The position numbers were made by a program, and so were the translations under genes. A model generated the notes under the pieces. It made no database searches. It had not been told where the DNA came from and was given only the letters and a program-made list of their open reading frames with translations. 64,000 nucleotides of DNA from Patescibacteria group bacterium (GTDB lineage: Bacteria; Patescibacteriota; Patescibacteriia; Magasanikbacterales; GWA2-37-8). Below are positions 56,980-64,000 of this stretch, one piece after another. The stretch is from contig JAQWDH010000004.1 of NCBI GenBank assembly GCA_028705565.1, forward strand, positions 11,728-75,727. The letters run 5' to 3'. Every line of letters starts with the position of its first letter. Positions within the stretch are counted from its first letter, which is position 1.

Positions 56980-58338
56980 GTGGAATACCCTGGCACAAAA
57001 CTTATAAGACCGTATCGCCGCGCGATTTTCATCGTTTTTGTGGTAGCTTTTTTTATTATTTCTCCCATAATCATTCTCTACACAGCCGGATACAGATATG
57101 ACTGGACAAATGGATTTTTAAAAGAAACCGGCGCCATCAGCATTGATGTGGAACCGAAAAACGCTTTGGTTTTTTTAAACGACGCGCGCATTAAAAAACG
57201 AATGCCGATTCGCTTAAAAAATTACAAACCGGGAAAATATCATCTGGTGATTTCTGCTTCCGGATATTACGATTGGGTAAAGGACATAGAAGTAAAAAGC
57301 AGGCAAACGGTTTATATCAAAGAAGTCGCGCTTTTGAAAAAAAACGAACCGATAAAAATAAAAAGCGGAAACTTTGACAGTCTGGCGATTTCCAACGACG
57401 GAGTGTTTATCGCGTTCACGCAAAAAAACAAAGACATAACGGAAGTATGGCTTTTAAACAACAAAACCGGCGATGAAAATATTCTGTTGCGCGTACCGGA
57501 TACAAAACAATTAAAAATAACATGGGCGAAAAAAAATAATTACTTATCAATAAACGACGCGACATCTCCTTACCGACAATTCTTTATTTTTAACGCCGAC
57601 AATCCGACATCACAGTGGAATCTTGTTCAAAAAATAAAATCCGCTGTTGAAAAATTCCAATGGAAAAATTCGGAAAATCCGGAACTATTCTTTAGCGCCG
57701 GCAAACAAATTTCGGTTTTTTATCCTGCAACAGGACAACAAACCGACATTGCCAAAAACATTTATTTGGACTGGTATTTTGAAAACGGACAAATGTGGGC
57801 TCTCAGACGCGATGAAAAAACAAAATTATACGTAATTACAAAAGACGCGCTTGGTTTTTCTTCCGAACTTGTTTCATCGGATAAAATATTTGAATATAAC
57901 AGCGGAAGCGAAAAAAATCCTCCGATAAATTTAATAGCCGCATCCGGAGATTACGCTCTTTTAAAAAAGAAAGACAAACCGGAAATGTTGCTGATTTCCA
58001 AAGATAAAAAATTCACTTTGAGCGGAGAAAAATTTTTAATTTCCAAATACAACGATTGGTGGCTGATGTGGACGCCGTGGGAACTGTGGAGTTTCAGCGC
58101 GCGAGACAATGAACCGGCGCTTTTAAGCCGTTCCGGCGAACAATTGCAAGAAGTAATGACTTTGGACAAATACAATACTTTGGGTTTAATATGGGCCGAT
58201 AAAACCACCGTAGTATTTCCTTACTACCTCGTGGCTCACGAATTTATAAACAATAAAATAATTTCATCTGCCGATGATTCTGAAGCGAGAGTAATGTATT
58301 ACACAGATGAAAGCGGGCTGTGGAAATTAAATTATTAA
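56980..58338 (+). CDS. PEGA-domain membrane-anchored protein with a C-terminal beta-rich domain
   Basis: N-terminal TM; PEGA-like segment (PKNALVFLNDARIKK...YHLVISASGYYDWVKDIEV). Confidence 0.45.
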   Translation: MEYPGTKLIRPYRRAIFIVFVVAFFIISPIIILYTAGYRYDWTNGFLKETGAISIDVEPKNALVFLNDARIKKRMPIRLKNYKPGKYHLVISASGYYDWVKDIEVKSRQTVYIKEVALLKKNEPIKIKSGNFDSLAISNDGVFIAFTQKNKDITEVWLLNNKTGDENILLRVPDTKQLKITWAKKNNYLSINDATSPYRQFFIFNADNPTSQWNLVQKIKSAVEKFQWKNSENPELFFSAGKQISVFYPATGQQTDIAKNIYLDWYFENGQMWALRRDEKTKLYVITKDALGFSSELVSSDKIFEYNSGSEKNPPINLIAASGDYALLKKKDKPEMLLISKDKKFTLSGEKFLISKYNDWWLMWTPWELWSFSARDNEPALLSRSGEQLQEVMTLDKYNTLGLIWADKTTVVFPYYLVAHEFINNKIISSADDSEARVMYYTDESGLWKLNY

Positions 58339-58362
58339 ATATTATTATCCCAACCAAGCCAA

Positions 58363-58495
58363 GATCCATACAATCGCAATTGTCATCCCCGTGAAAACGG
58401 GGATCCAGACAATCGCGAATGGATTCCCGCTTTCGCGGGAATGACAATAATTGGAGTTTACCCCGTCGGATGACGGGGCGGGAATGACAATCAAC
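58363..58495. repeat. Tandem GC-rich hairpin repeat units (two copies of about 39 bp, gatccaNacaatcgcNaat.gtcatYcccg-loop-cgggga, plus a third related unit)
   Basis: 58363-58401 versus 58402-58440 (15/15 with one mismatch at the 5' ends). Hairpins ccccg-tgaaaa-cgggg, tcccgc-tttc-gcggga and ccccgtc-ggat-gacgggg. Shares the motif attgtcat(c/t)cc with the 44.0 kb element. Confidence 0.55.
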
Positions 58496-58498
58496 ATT

Positions 58499-58903
58499 AT
58501 GAAAGTTATTATTTTTTCGGACGGCGGAGCTCGGGGCAACCCGGGACCGGCCGCCGCCGGAGTGGTTATAAAAAATGAAAAAGGAAAAATTCTGTCCGCG
58601 TACGGCGAGTATCTTGGCGAGCAAACGAATAATTTTGCCGAATACAACGCTCTGATTTCCGGTCTTAAAAAAGCAAAAGAACTCGGCGCCACTGAAGCGG
58701 AATGCGTGATGGACAGCGAACTTGTTGTAAAGCAAATGCGAATGGAATATAAAGTGCGCGAACCGCATTTGCAAAAATTATTTATTCAAGCGTTCAACGC
58801 CGCGGCGCGATTCAAAAAAGTTTCTTATCAACACACCATGCGCGAAGGAAACAAAGAAGCGGATAAAATTTTAAATGAAACTTTAGACAAACATCGCGGA
58901 TAA
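58499..58903 (+). CDS. rnhA: Ribonuclease HI (small archaeal/bacterial type 1 RNase H)
   Basis: IIFSDGGARGNPGPAAAGVVI, EYNALISGLKKA, and a C-terminal acidic residue context (EADKILNE). Confidence 0.75.
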   Translation: MKVIIFSDGGARGNPGPAAAGVVIKNEKGKILSAYGEYLGEQTNNFAEYNALISGLKKAKELGATEAECVMDSELVVKQMRMEYKVREPHLQKLFIQAFNAAARFKKVSYQHTMREGNKEADKILNETLDKHRG

Positions 58904-58914
58904 TTAAAATTCAA

Positions 58915-58944
58915 AAAACGTCCCGAATTGGTCGGGACGTTTTT
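58915..58944. terminator. Bidirectional terminator (aaaacgtcccga-attgg-tcgggacgtttt)
   Basis: Perfect 12-bp stem flanked by A and T runs. Confidence 0.55.
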
Positions 58945-58967
58945 AATTTAAATCACTCAAAAAATTA

Positions 58968-59681
58968 TCACGCGCTCGCCGATGTTGAAGTGGCGCTGTT
59001 TTGATTTAATGGCACGCCCGGAGAAACATGGACCATTGTCGCGGTGATAATTTTCGTTTTATTATTCATAATTCCGCGGACATGAACGATATTTCCGGAT
59101 TTTAAATCCGCGAAAATCGGTTTTTCAACGCCCGGAATCGCAATTTTTGTTTTCTCATTGACTTTTATTGTCAAAACTTTTCCGTTCGCATATTTTAAAA
59201 CAAAACTGTTTTCAGCGGTATTAACGGATTCTATGATTCCATTATTAACTTTTAATGTCATTGATAAAGAATTGTTTTGTATTATTGTCGCGCTAATCGC
59301 GCCGTCTTCATTTGTTTTACCGACGATACGCAAATCATCTCCGACAGCCATTTCTTCAAGCGAGCTTTTTCCCAGATAACGCCTTACAAATTTTGTTTTC
59401 GCGTCAATTTTTACGATTAAACTTTTATTCGCTTCGGGATATGTTCCTTCCCATTTTTTCGCCTTTTTTGGCCAAACTGTTTTTACGGACACAATTAATT
59501 CGGTGGATGTGGCTGTTGTCGCGTTCTTTATTTCAACAAGCTTACCTGAAACTGTCACTGCCCTGCGGACATACTTTTTAATTTGTCCTTTGCCGATTCC
59601 GTTATTGCTTTTGGCTAAAACAGGCAAAATGGCTGTAAAAGAAAAAATCGCGACAAAGAGAACCAAAAATATTTTCTTCAT
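58968..59681 (-). CDS. Hypothetical secreted protein
   Basis: Signal peptide (MKKIFLVLFVAIFSFTAILPVLA); repeated beta-strand-like segments. Confidence 0.35.
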   Translation of the reverse strand: MKKIFLVLFVAIFSFTAILPVLAKSNNGIGKGQIKKYVRRAVTVSGKLVEIKNATTATSTELIVSVKTVWPKKAKKWEGTYPEANKSLIVKIDAKTKFVRRYLGKSSLEEMAVGDDLRIVGKTNEDGAISATIIQNNSLSMTLKVNNGIIESVNTAENSFVLKYANGKVLTIKVNEKTKIAIPGVEKPIFADLKSGNIVHVRGIMNNKTKIITATMVHVSPGVPLNQNSATSTSASA

Positions 59682-59774
59682 ATATATTTTATTTTAAAAT
59701 AAGTTTATTCTAAATAAAATAATATCATTATTTATCAAAAAAAGCAAAATGTTTTGATTTTTCAAAACGTTTTT

Positions 59775-60890
59775 TTATAATTCATCTTTTAATTCTTCCA
59801 ACTTTTTCCTCGCGTCGCGGCTTAATTTTTTTGGCACGCGAATTTTTATTTTTACATAATGGTCTCCGCGCGCTCCGCTTTTATCCAAACGAGTCACACC
59901 GCGTCCTTTCAGGCGAATCATTTGCCCGAATTCCGTTCCTTCCGGCACAACCACTTTTATCGGACCATCTAATGTTTCCACTTCAATTTTGTCGCCCAAA
60001 ACCGCCTGCGAAAAACTTATTTCCGAAATCGTATGAACATCATATCCTTCTCGTTCAAAAATTTTTGATGATTTAATATGGACTCGCACATATAAATCTC
60101 CGCTTTGTCCTCCATGCGGAGTCGCCTCGCCGTGACCGCCCAATCGTATCGCCTGCTCGCTGTCAATTCCTGCCGGAATTTTAACTTTTATGGTTGAGGT
60201 TTTAGATAACACTCCATCTCCGCCGCAATGCTTGCATTTTTTTCCCGGCTTTTCTCCTCGTCCTCGGCAATCCGGACAGGTCGTAACTGTTTGCATGGCG
60301 CCCAAAAAAGTTCGCTGTACTTGCACTGTCTGACCTTTACCGTGGCAAGTCCGACATTCTTCCATTTTACTTCCTGGTTCGCTTCCTGAACCTCCGCACA
60401 CGTCGCATTTGGACTGTTTGCGCAAAGAAATTTCTTTTTCCACGCCAAACGCCGCTTCTTTAAAATCAACTTCAACGTCAACTTGGATGTCGCGTCCTCT
60501 TTCTTTCCGCCCTCCGCGAGAAGAACCTGAAAAACCGCCGGAAGAAAATCCGAATAAATCTCCGAAAATATCACCCAAATTACCATCGCCAAAATTCATT
60601 CCGCCGAATCCACCGCCCTGTCCATTTCTAAATGAATTCATTACATCTTCCCAGCTTGCGCCGCCAAATCCGCCCTGTTGCTCAAAATCAGCTCCAAATT
60701 GGTCGTATTTGCTTCTCTTTTCCGCGTCTCCCAAAACTTGATACGCTTCGTTTATTTCTTTAAACTTAGCTTCGTTTCCGCTCGGTCTGTCGGGGTGATA
60801 TTGCATCGCCAATTTTTTAAACGCTTTTTTTACTTCATCCTGCGAAGCATTTTTCTCCACGCCTAAAATTTTATAATAATCCTTGGACAT
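59775..60890 (-). CDS. dnaJ: Chaperone DnaJ
   Basis: J domain with HPD, G/F region, four CxxCxGxG zinc-finger repeats. Confidence 0.95.
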   Translation of the reverse strand: MSKDYYKILGVEKNASQDEVKKAFKKLAMQYHPDRPSGNEAKFKEINEAYQVLGDAEKRSKYDQFGADFEQQGGFGGASWEDVMNSFRNGQGGGFGGMNFGDGNLGDIFGDLFGFSSGGFSGSSRGGRKERGRDIQVDVEVDFKEAAFGVEKEISLRKQSKCDVCGGSGSEPGSKMEECRTCHGKGQTVQVQRTFLGAMQTVTTCPDCRGRGEKPGKKCKHCGGDGVLSKTSTIKVKIPAGIDSEQAIRLGGHGEATPHGGQSGDLYVRVHIKSSKIFEREGYDVHTISEISFSQAVLGDKIEVETLDGPIKVVVPEGTEFGQMIRLKGRGVTRLDKSGARGDHYVKIKIRVPKKLSRDARKKLEELKDEL

Positions 60891-60895
60891 AATAA

Positions 60896-61357
60896 TTATC
60901 CGCTAAACTCATCAAAAAATAATTTTTCTTTTTCATTTTGCAACGCCTCGTCCAAATCTTCCCAGGTGCTTTTATCATATGATAAAAGCATAACAGGAGA
61001 GGATAGACGATTATTCATCCAATTGACAAAATCCTTATTCGGGCATTGCCTTGCCTTCAACAATAAACCATCAGCAGACTTACGCAATCCGGATTTATTT
61101 TTTATGTACTCTTCCTCGTTCAAAGATTTTATAAAAGCGGCATAATCAAACCATGCCTCTTTTTCTTTTAGACCAAGCTCGTCTGAATTAATATCAATCA
61201 AAGTCGCGTCTTTTCCGGCAAGTTCTGCTTGTAAAAACTTAATATATTCTCTGAATTTTTTTACAGAATCGCTCTCGGCTTTAATATTCTCAATACGCGC
61301 TGACAAATCCATTTCCTTTTCTAACATAAAATAAGATGATAAAAATAAATTACGCAA
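60896..61357 (-). CDS. Hypothetical protein encoded between dnaK and dnaJ
   Basis: Intact 153-codon ORF filling the dnaK-dnaJ gap (33-nt and 5-nt spacers); no motif recognised. Confidence 0.35.
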   Translation of the reverse strand: MRNLFLSSYFMLEKEMDLSARIENIKAESDSVKKFREYIKFLQAELAGKDATLIDINSDELGLKEKEAWFDYAAFIKSLNEEEYIKNKSGLRKSADGLLLKARQCPNKDFVNWMNNRLSSPVMLLSYDKSTWEDLDEALQNEKEKLFFDEFSG

Positions 61358-61390
61358 TGAACGACTAAGTCAAGGTATTATTTTATATCT

Positions 61391-63298
61391 TTATTTAACA
61401 ACCTCGCCCTCAATCGGTCCTTCGTCTTTTTTTTCTTCAGTCGCTTGCTTGCCGTTGTCGGCTGTCTGCCCGCCATTGCCAGCTTTTTGTCCTTCGGAAT
61501 ACATCTTCATGCCTACCGTTTGCGCGGCTTTGGATAATTCTTCAGACGCTTTTTTAATCGCGTCAATATCTTCCTTGTCCTTTACTTCTTTTAATTTTGT
61601 CAGCGCTTCATTTACCGCTTTGCGTTCATCATCCGTTATGGATATTTTTTTCTCATCAACTTCTTTCATCATTTTTTCAGTTGTGTAAACCATCGTATCA
61701 GCAATATTTTTCGCTTCAATGATTTCTTGCTTCTTTTTATCCTCAACGGCATGCGCTTCGGCTTCTTTTTTCATTTTTTCCACTTCATCCTTTGATAAAC
61801 CAGAAGACGCTTCAATGCGAATTGATTGCTCTTTGCCTGTGGCCTTATCTTTGGCTTTGACATTCAAAATACCGTTCGCGTCAACGTCAAAAGTCACTTC
61901 AATTTGAGGCACTCCGCGCGGAGCCGGCGGTATTCCGTCTAAAATAAATCTGCCAAGCGTTTTATTGTCAACAGACATCGGACGTTCGCCTTGAAGCGCG
62001 TGTATATCCACTGCCGGCTGGCTGTCCGCGGCGGTTGAAAATATCTGCGATTTTGAAGTAGGTATTGTTGTGTTGCGTTCAATAAGTTTAGTCATCACTC
62101 CGCCCAATGTTTCAATTCCCAAAGACAATGGGATTACATCAAGCAATAAAACGTCTTTTACATCGCCACGTAAAACGCCGCCTTGCACTGCCGCGCCAAC
62201 GGCTACAACTTCGTCTGGATTAACGCTGATATTCGGTTTTTTTCCGAAAAATTTTTCCACTGTTTGCAAAACCAAAGGCATTCTTGTCATGCCTCCGACT
62301 AAAACGACTTCTTCAATGTCGCTTACTTTAAGCTTCGCGTCTTCCAATGCTTTCTTAACCGGTTCCAAAGTTTTTTCCACCAAATCTCCAACCAATTCTT
62401 CTAATTTCGCGCGTGTCAATTTCAAAACCAAATGCTTCGGACCGGTAGCGTCAGAAGTAATAAACGGCTGATTGATTTCCGTTTCCTGCGCCGTGGAAAG
62501 TTCTATTTTCGCTTTTTCGGCCGCTTCCTTAATGCGTTGCAATGCCAAAGTGTCTTTACTTAAATCAATCACGTTTTCCTTTTTAAATTTTTCCACTATC
62601 CATCCGATTATTATTTGATCAAAATCATCTCCGCCCAAATGCGTGTCGCCGTTTGTGGAAAGCACCTGCACGGAATCCGGAGCCACATCCAAAATGGAAA
62701 TATCAAAAGTTCCACCTCCCAAATCGTACACGGCTATTTGCTGGTTTGTTTTTTTATCAAAACCGTAAGCCAAAGCGGCCGCGGTCGGTTCGTTAATTAT
62801 GCGCAAAACTTTTAAACCCGCGATTTCACCTGCGTCTTTCGTCGCTTGCCTCTGTGAATCGTCAAAATAAGCAGGAACCGTGATTACCGCCTCAGTTATT
62901 TTTTCGCCAAGACGCTCTTCCGCGTCTGATTTCATTTTTTGAAGTATCATTGTTGAAATTTCTTGCGGAGTATATTCTTTTCCACTCATTTCCACTTTTA
63001 CTCCGTCACCGGAACGAATTATTTTATACGGCAATGATTTTAAATCTTTCTGAACCTCCGCGTCTTCCCACCTGCGTCCGATAAGGCGTTTAATTGAATA
63101 TAAAGTGTCTTTCGGGTTTGTTACCGACTGCCGCTTGGCTAAAAGTCCGACTAAACGTTCGCCTGTTTTTGACACGGCGACAATGGATGGCGTTGTGCGA
63201 GCGCCTTCTTTATTTTCCAGCACCTTAGGTTGACCGCCTTCAATAACGGCCATGCATGAATTTGTCGTGCCGAGATCTATACCGAGTATTTTTGACAT
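61391..63298 (-). CDS. dnaK: Chaperone DnaK (Hsp70)
   Basis: [26 protein letters not shown] signatures. Confidence 0.95.
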   Translation of the reverse strand: MSKILGIDLGTTNSCMAVIEGGQPKVLENKEGARTTPSIVAVSKTGERLVGLLAKRQSVTNPKDTLYSIKRLIGRRWEDAEVQKDLKSLPYKIIRSGDGVKVEMSGKEYTPQEISTMILQKMKSDAEERLGEKITEAVITVPAYFDDSQRQATKDAGEIAGLKVLRIINEPTAAALAYGFDKKTNQQIAVYDLGGGTFDISILDVAPDSVQVLSTNGDTHLGGDDFDQIIIGWIVEKFKKENVIDLSKDTLALQRIKEAAEKAKIELSTAQETEINQPFITSDATGPKHLVLKLTRAKLEELVGDLVEKTLEPVKKALEDAKLKVSDIEEVVLVGGMTRMPLVLQTVEKFFGKKPNISVNPDEVVAVGAAVQGGVLRGDVKDVLLLDVIPLSLGIETLGGVMTKLIERNTTIPTSKSQIFSTAADSQPAVDIHALQGERPMSVDNKTLGRFILDGIPPAPRGVPQIEVTFDVDANGILNVKAKDKATGKEQSIRIEASSGLSKDEVEKMKKEAEAHAVEDKKKQEIIEAKNIADTMVYTTEKMMKEVDEKKISITDDERKAVNEALTKLKEVKDKEDIDAIKKASEELSKAAQTVGMKMYSEGQKAGNGGQTADNGKQATEEKKDEGPIEGEVVK

Positions 63299-63324
63299 AT
63301 ATTTTTGAATTAAGAATTATAAAT

Positions 63325-63924
63325 TTATTTTGCTACTATAACTTTCGCCGCTTTTATCACTTTATCCCCCATTTTATAACCGCCTTCAACCTCTTTAATA
63401 ATCTCTCCTTCTGGTTTTCCTTCAACGATTTCACTGCTAATTGCTTCGTGACATCTCGGGTCAAATATTTCACCTACTGTTACTATTTCTTCAATTCCGT
63501 GCGATTTTAAAACATCCACGAATTGTTTCATTATGTATTTTATCCCGTCAACCCATTTCAATTGTTCTTGATTGAAACTATTTGTCTGTGTTCTGAAAGC
63601 TAATTTAAAATTTTCGTAAATCGGAATAAATTCTTCCAAAATCTGCTGCTCGCTCATGCGCGCCCACTCGGCGCGCATTTTATTCGTTTCGTTTTGCAAA
63701 TTTTTATAATCCGCCAAAGCCCTCCTCCACCCTGATTCATATTCCTCGCGTTCTTTTTTAAATTTCTCGCATTTTTCGCATTTTCTGCCGAAAAAACCTT
63801 TTTTTTCTTCTCTATCTGGTTCGCCATCGTCTGAAATTTCTTTCACGGCTTCTTCTTGATTTGGTTGCGGATTTAATTCGCTTTCGTCAATTTTTTTTTC
63901 TTCTTTTTTTTCTTCATCAGCCAT
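63325..63924 (-). CDS. grpE: Nucleotide exchange factor GrpE
   Basis: Acidic N-terminus, coiled coil, C-terminal GrpE beta-sheet domain (PRCHEAISSEIVEGKPEGEIIKEVEGGYKMGDKVIKAAKVIV). Confidence 0.9.
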   Translation of the reverse strand: MADEEKKEEKKIDESELNPQPNQEEAVKEISDDGEPDREEKKGFFGRKCEKCEKFKKEREEYESGWRRALADYKNLQNETNKMRAEWARMSEQQILEEFIPIYENFKLAFRTQTNSFNQEQLKWVDGIKYIMKQFVDVLKSHGIEEIVTVGEIFDPRCHEAISSEIVEGKPEGEIIKEVEGGYKMGDKVIKAAKVIVAK

Positions 63925-64000
63925 AAAATTACATTAAATTGGAAATATAATTTATCAAACTTATATTATCTCTATAATTCATTCTTGTCGGGCCGACCAA

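Noticed and set aside
58363-58495. CRISPR array
   Set aside because: The repeat units abut each other with no unique spacers, there are only 2-3 units, and no cas genes are present; this is a REP-like tandem palindrome array instead.
61449-62471. Multiple 60-130-aa ORFs on the strand opposite dnaK (and similar antisense ORFs inside cooS, gatA, pyrG, lepA and others)
   Set aside because: They are embedded antisense to strongly conserved coding sequence and have low-complexity or repetitive composition; shadow ORFs.

Overview
AT-rich bacterial chromosome segment with compact genes and tightly packed operons; the gene content looks like a reduced-genome, Patescibacteria/CPR-like organism, but that is an inference. 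Mostly housekeeping genes on both strands: a MacAB-type tripartite efflux operon, CCA-adding enzyme, PilT, tRNA-Pro(CGG), a large cell-envelope glycan cluster (PGI/PMI, an RmlA-like nucleotidyltransferase, four GT2 genes, a single-domain NDP-hexose 2,3-dehydratase, an HD hydrolase, an RmlD-like reductase, RmlB), FtsW/RodA, MurJ, LepA, RecJ, a DEAD-box helicase, tRNA-Ser(GGA), Lgt, a tandem-LOG fusion, GatCA, TsaE, an AlkD-like protein, QueH, RarA, a second glycosylation set (GT2, UXS-like epimerase, S8 peptidase, WbaP-like sugar transferase), PyrG, L9, Era, Ctp, MurA, RNase HI, and dnaK/dnaJ/grpE. The accessory-looking content is the following. (1) An orphan Ni-CODH catalytic subunit (cooS-like) with a 49-bp perfect palindrome upstream and two paralogous small membrane proteins converging on it. 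(2) Two XRE-led two-gene cassettes: XRE+DUF218, and a 5'-truncated, frameshifted XRE copy + SAM methyltransferase that is fused to a 27-bp duplicate of the tRNA-Pro 3' end (an integration/excision scar). (3) A tRNA-Ser-adjacent block of an exonuclease, XRE, DUF218 and membrane/secreted unknowns. (4) A family of GC-rich palindromic repeats ('ATTGTCATYCC' core) at about 29.2, 44.0-44.16 and 58.36-58.5 kb. (5) A recurring CCGCC/GGCGG hairpin abutting the Shine-Dalgarno of three small genes. No CRISPR array, integrase or transposase gene was seen.
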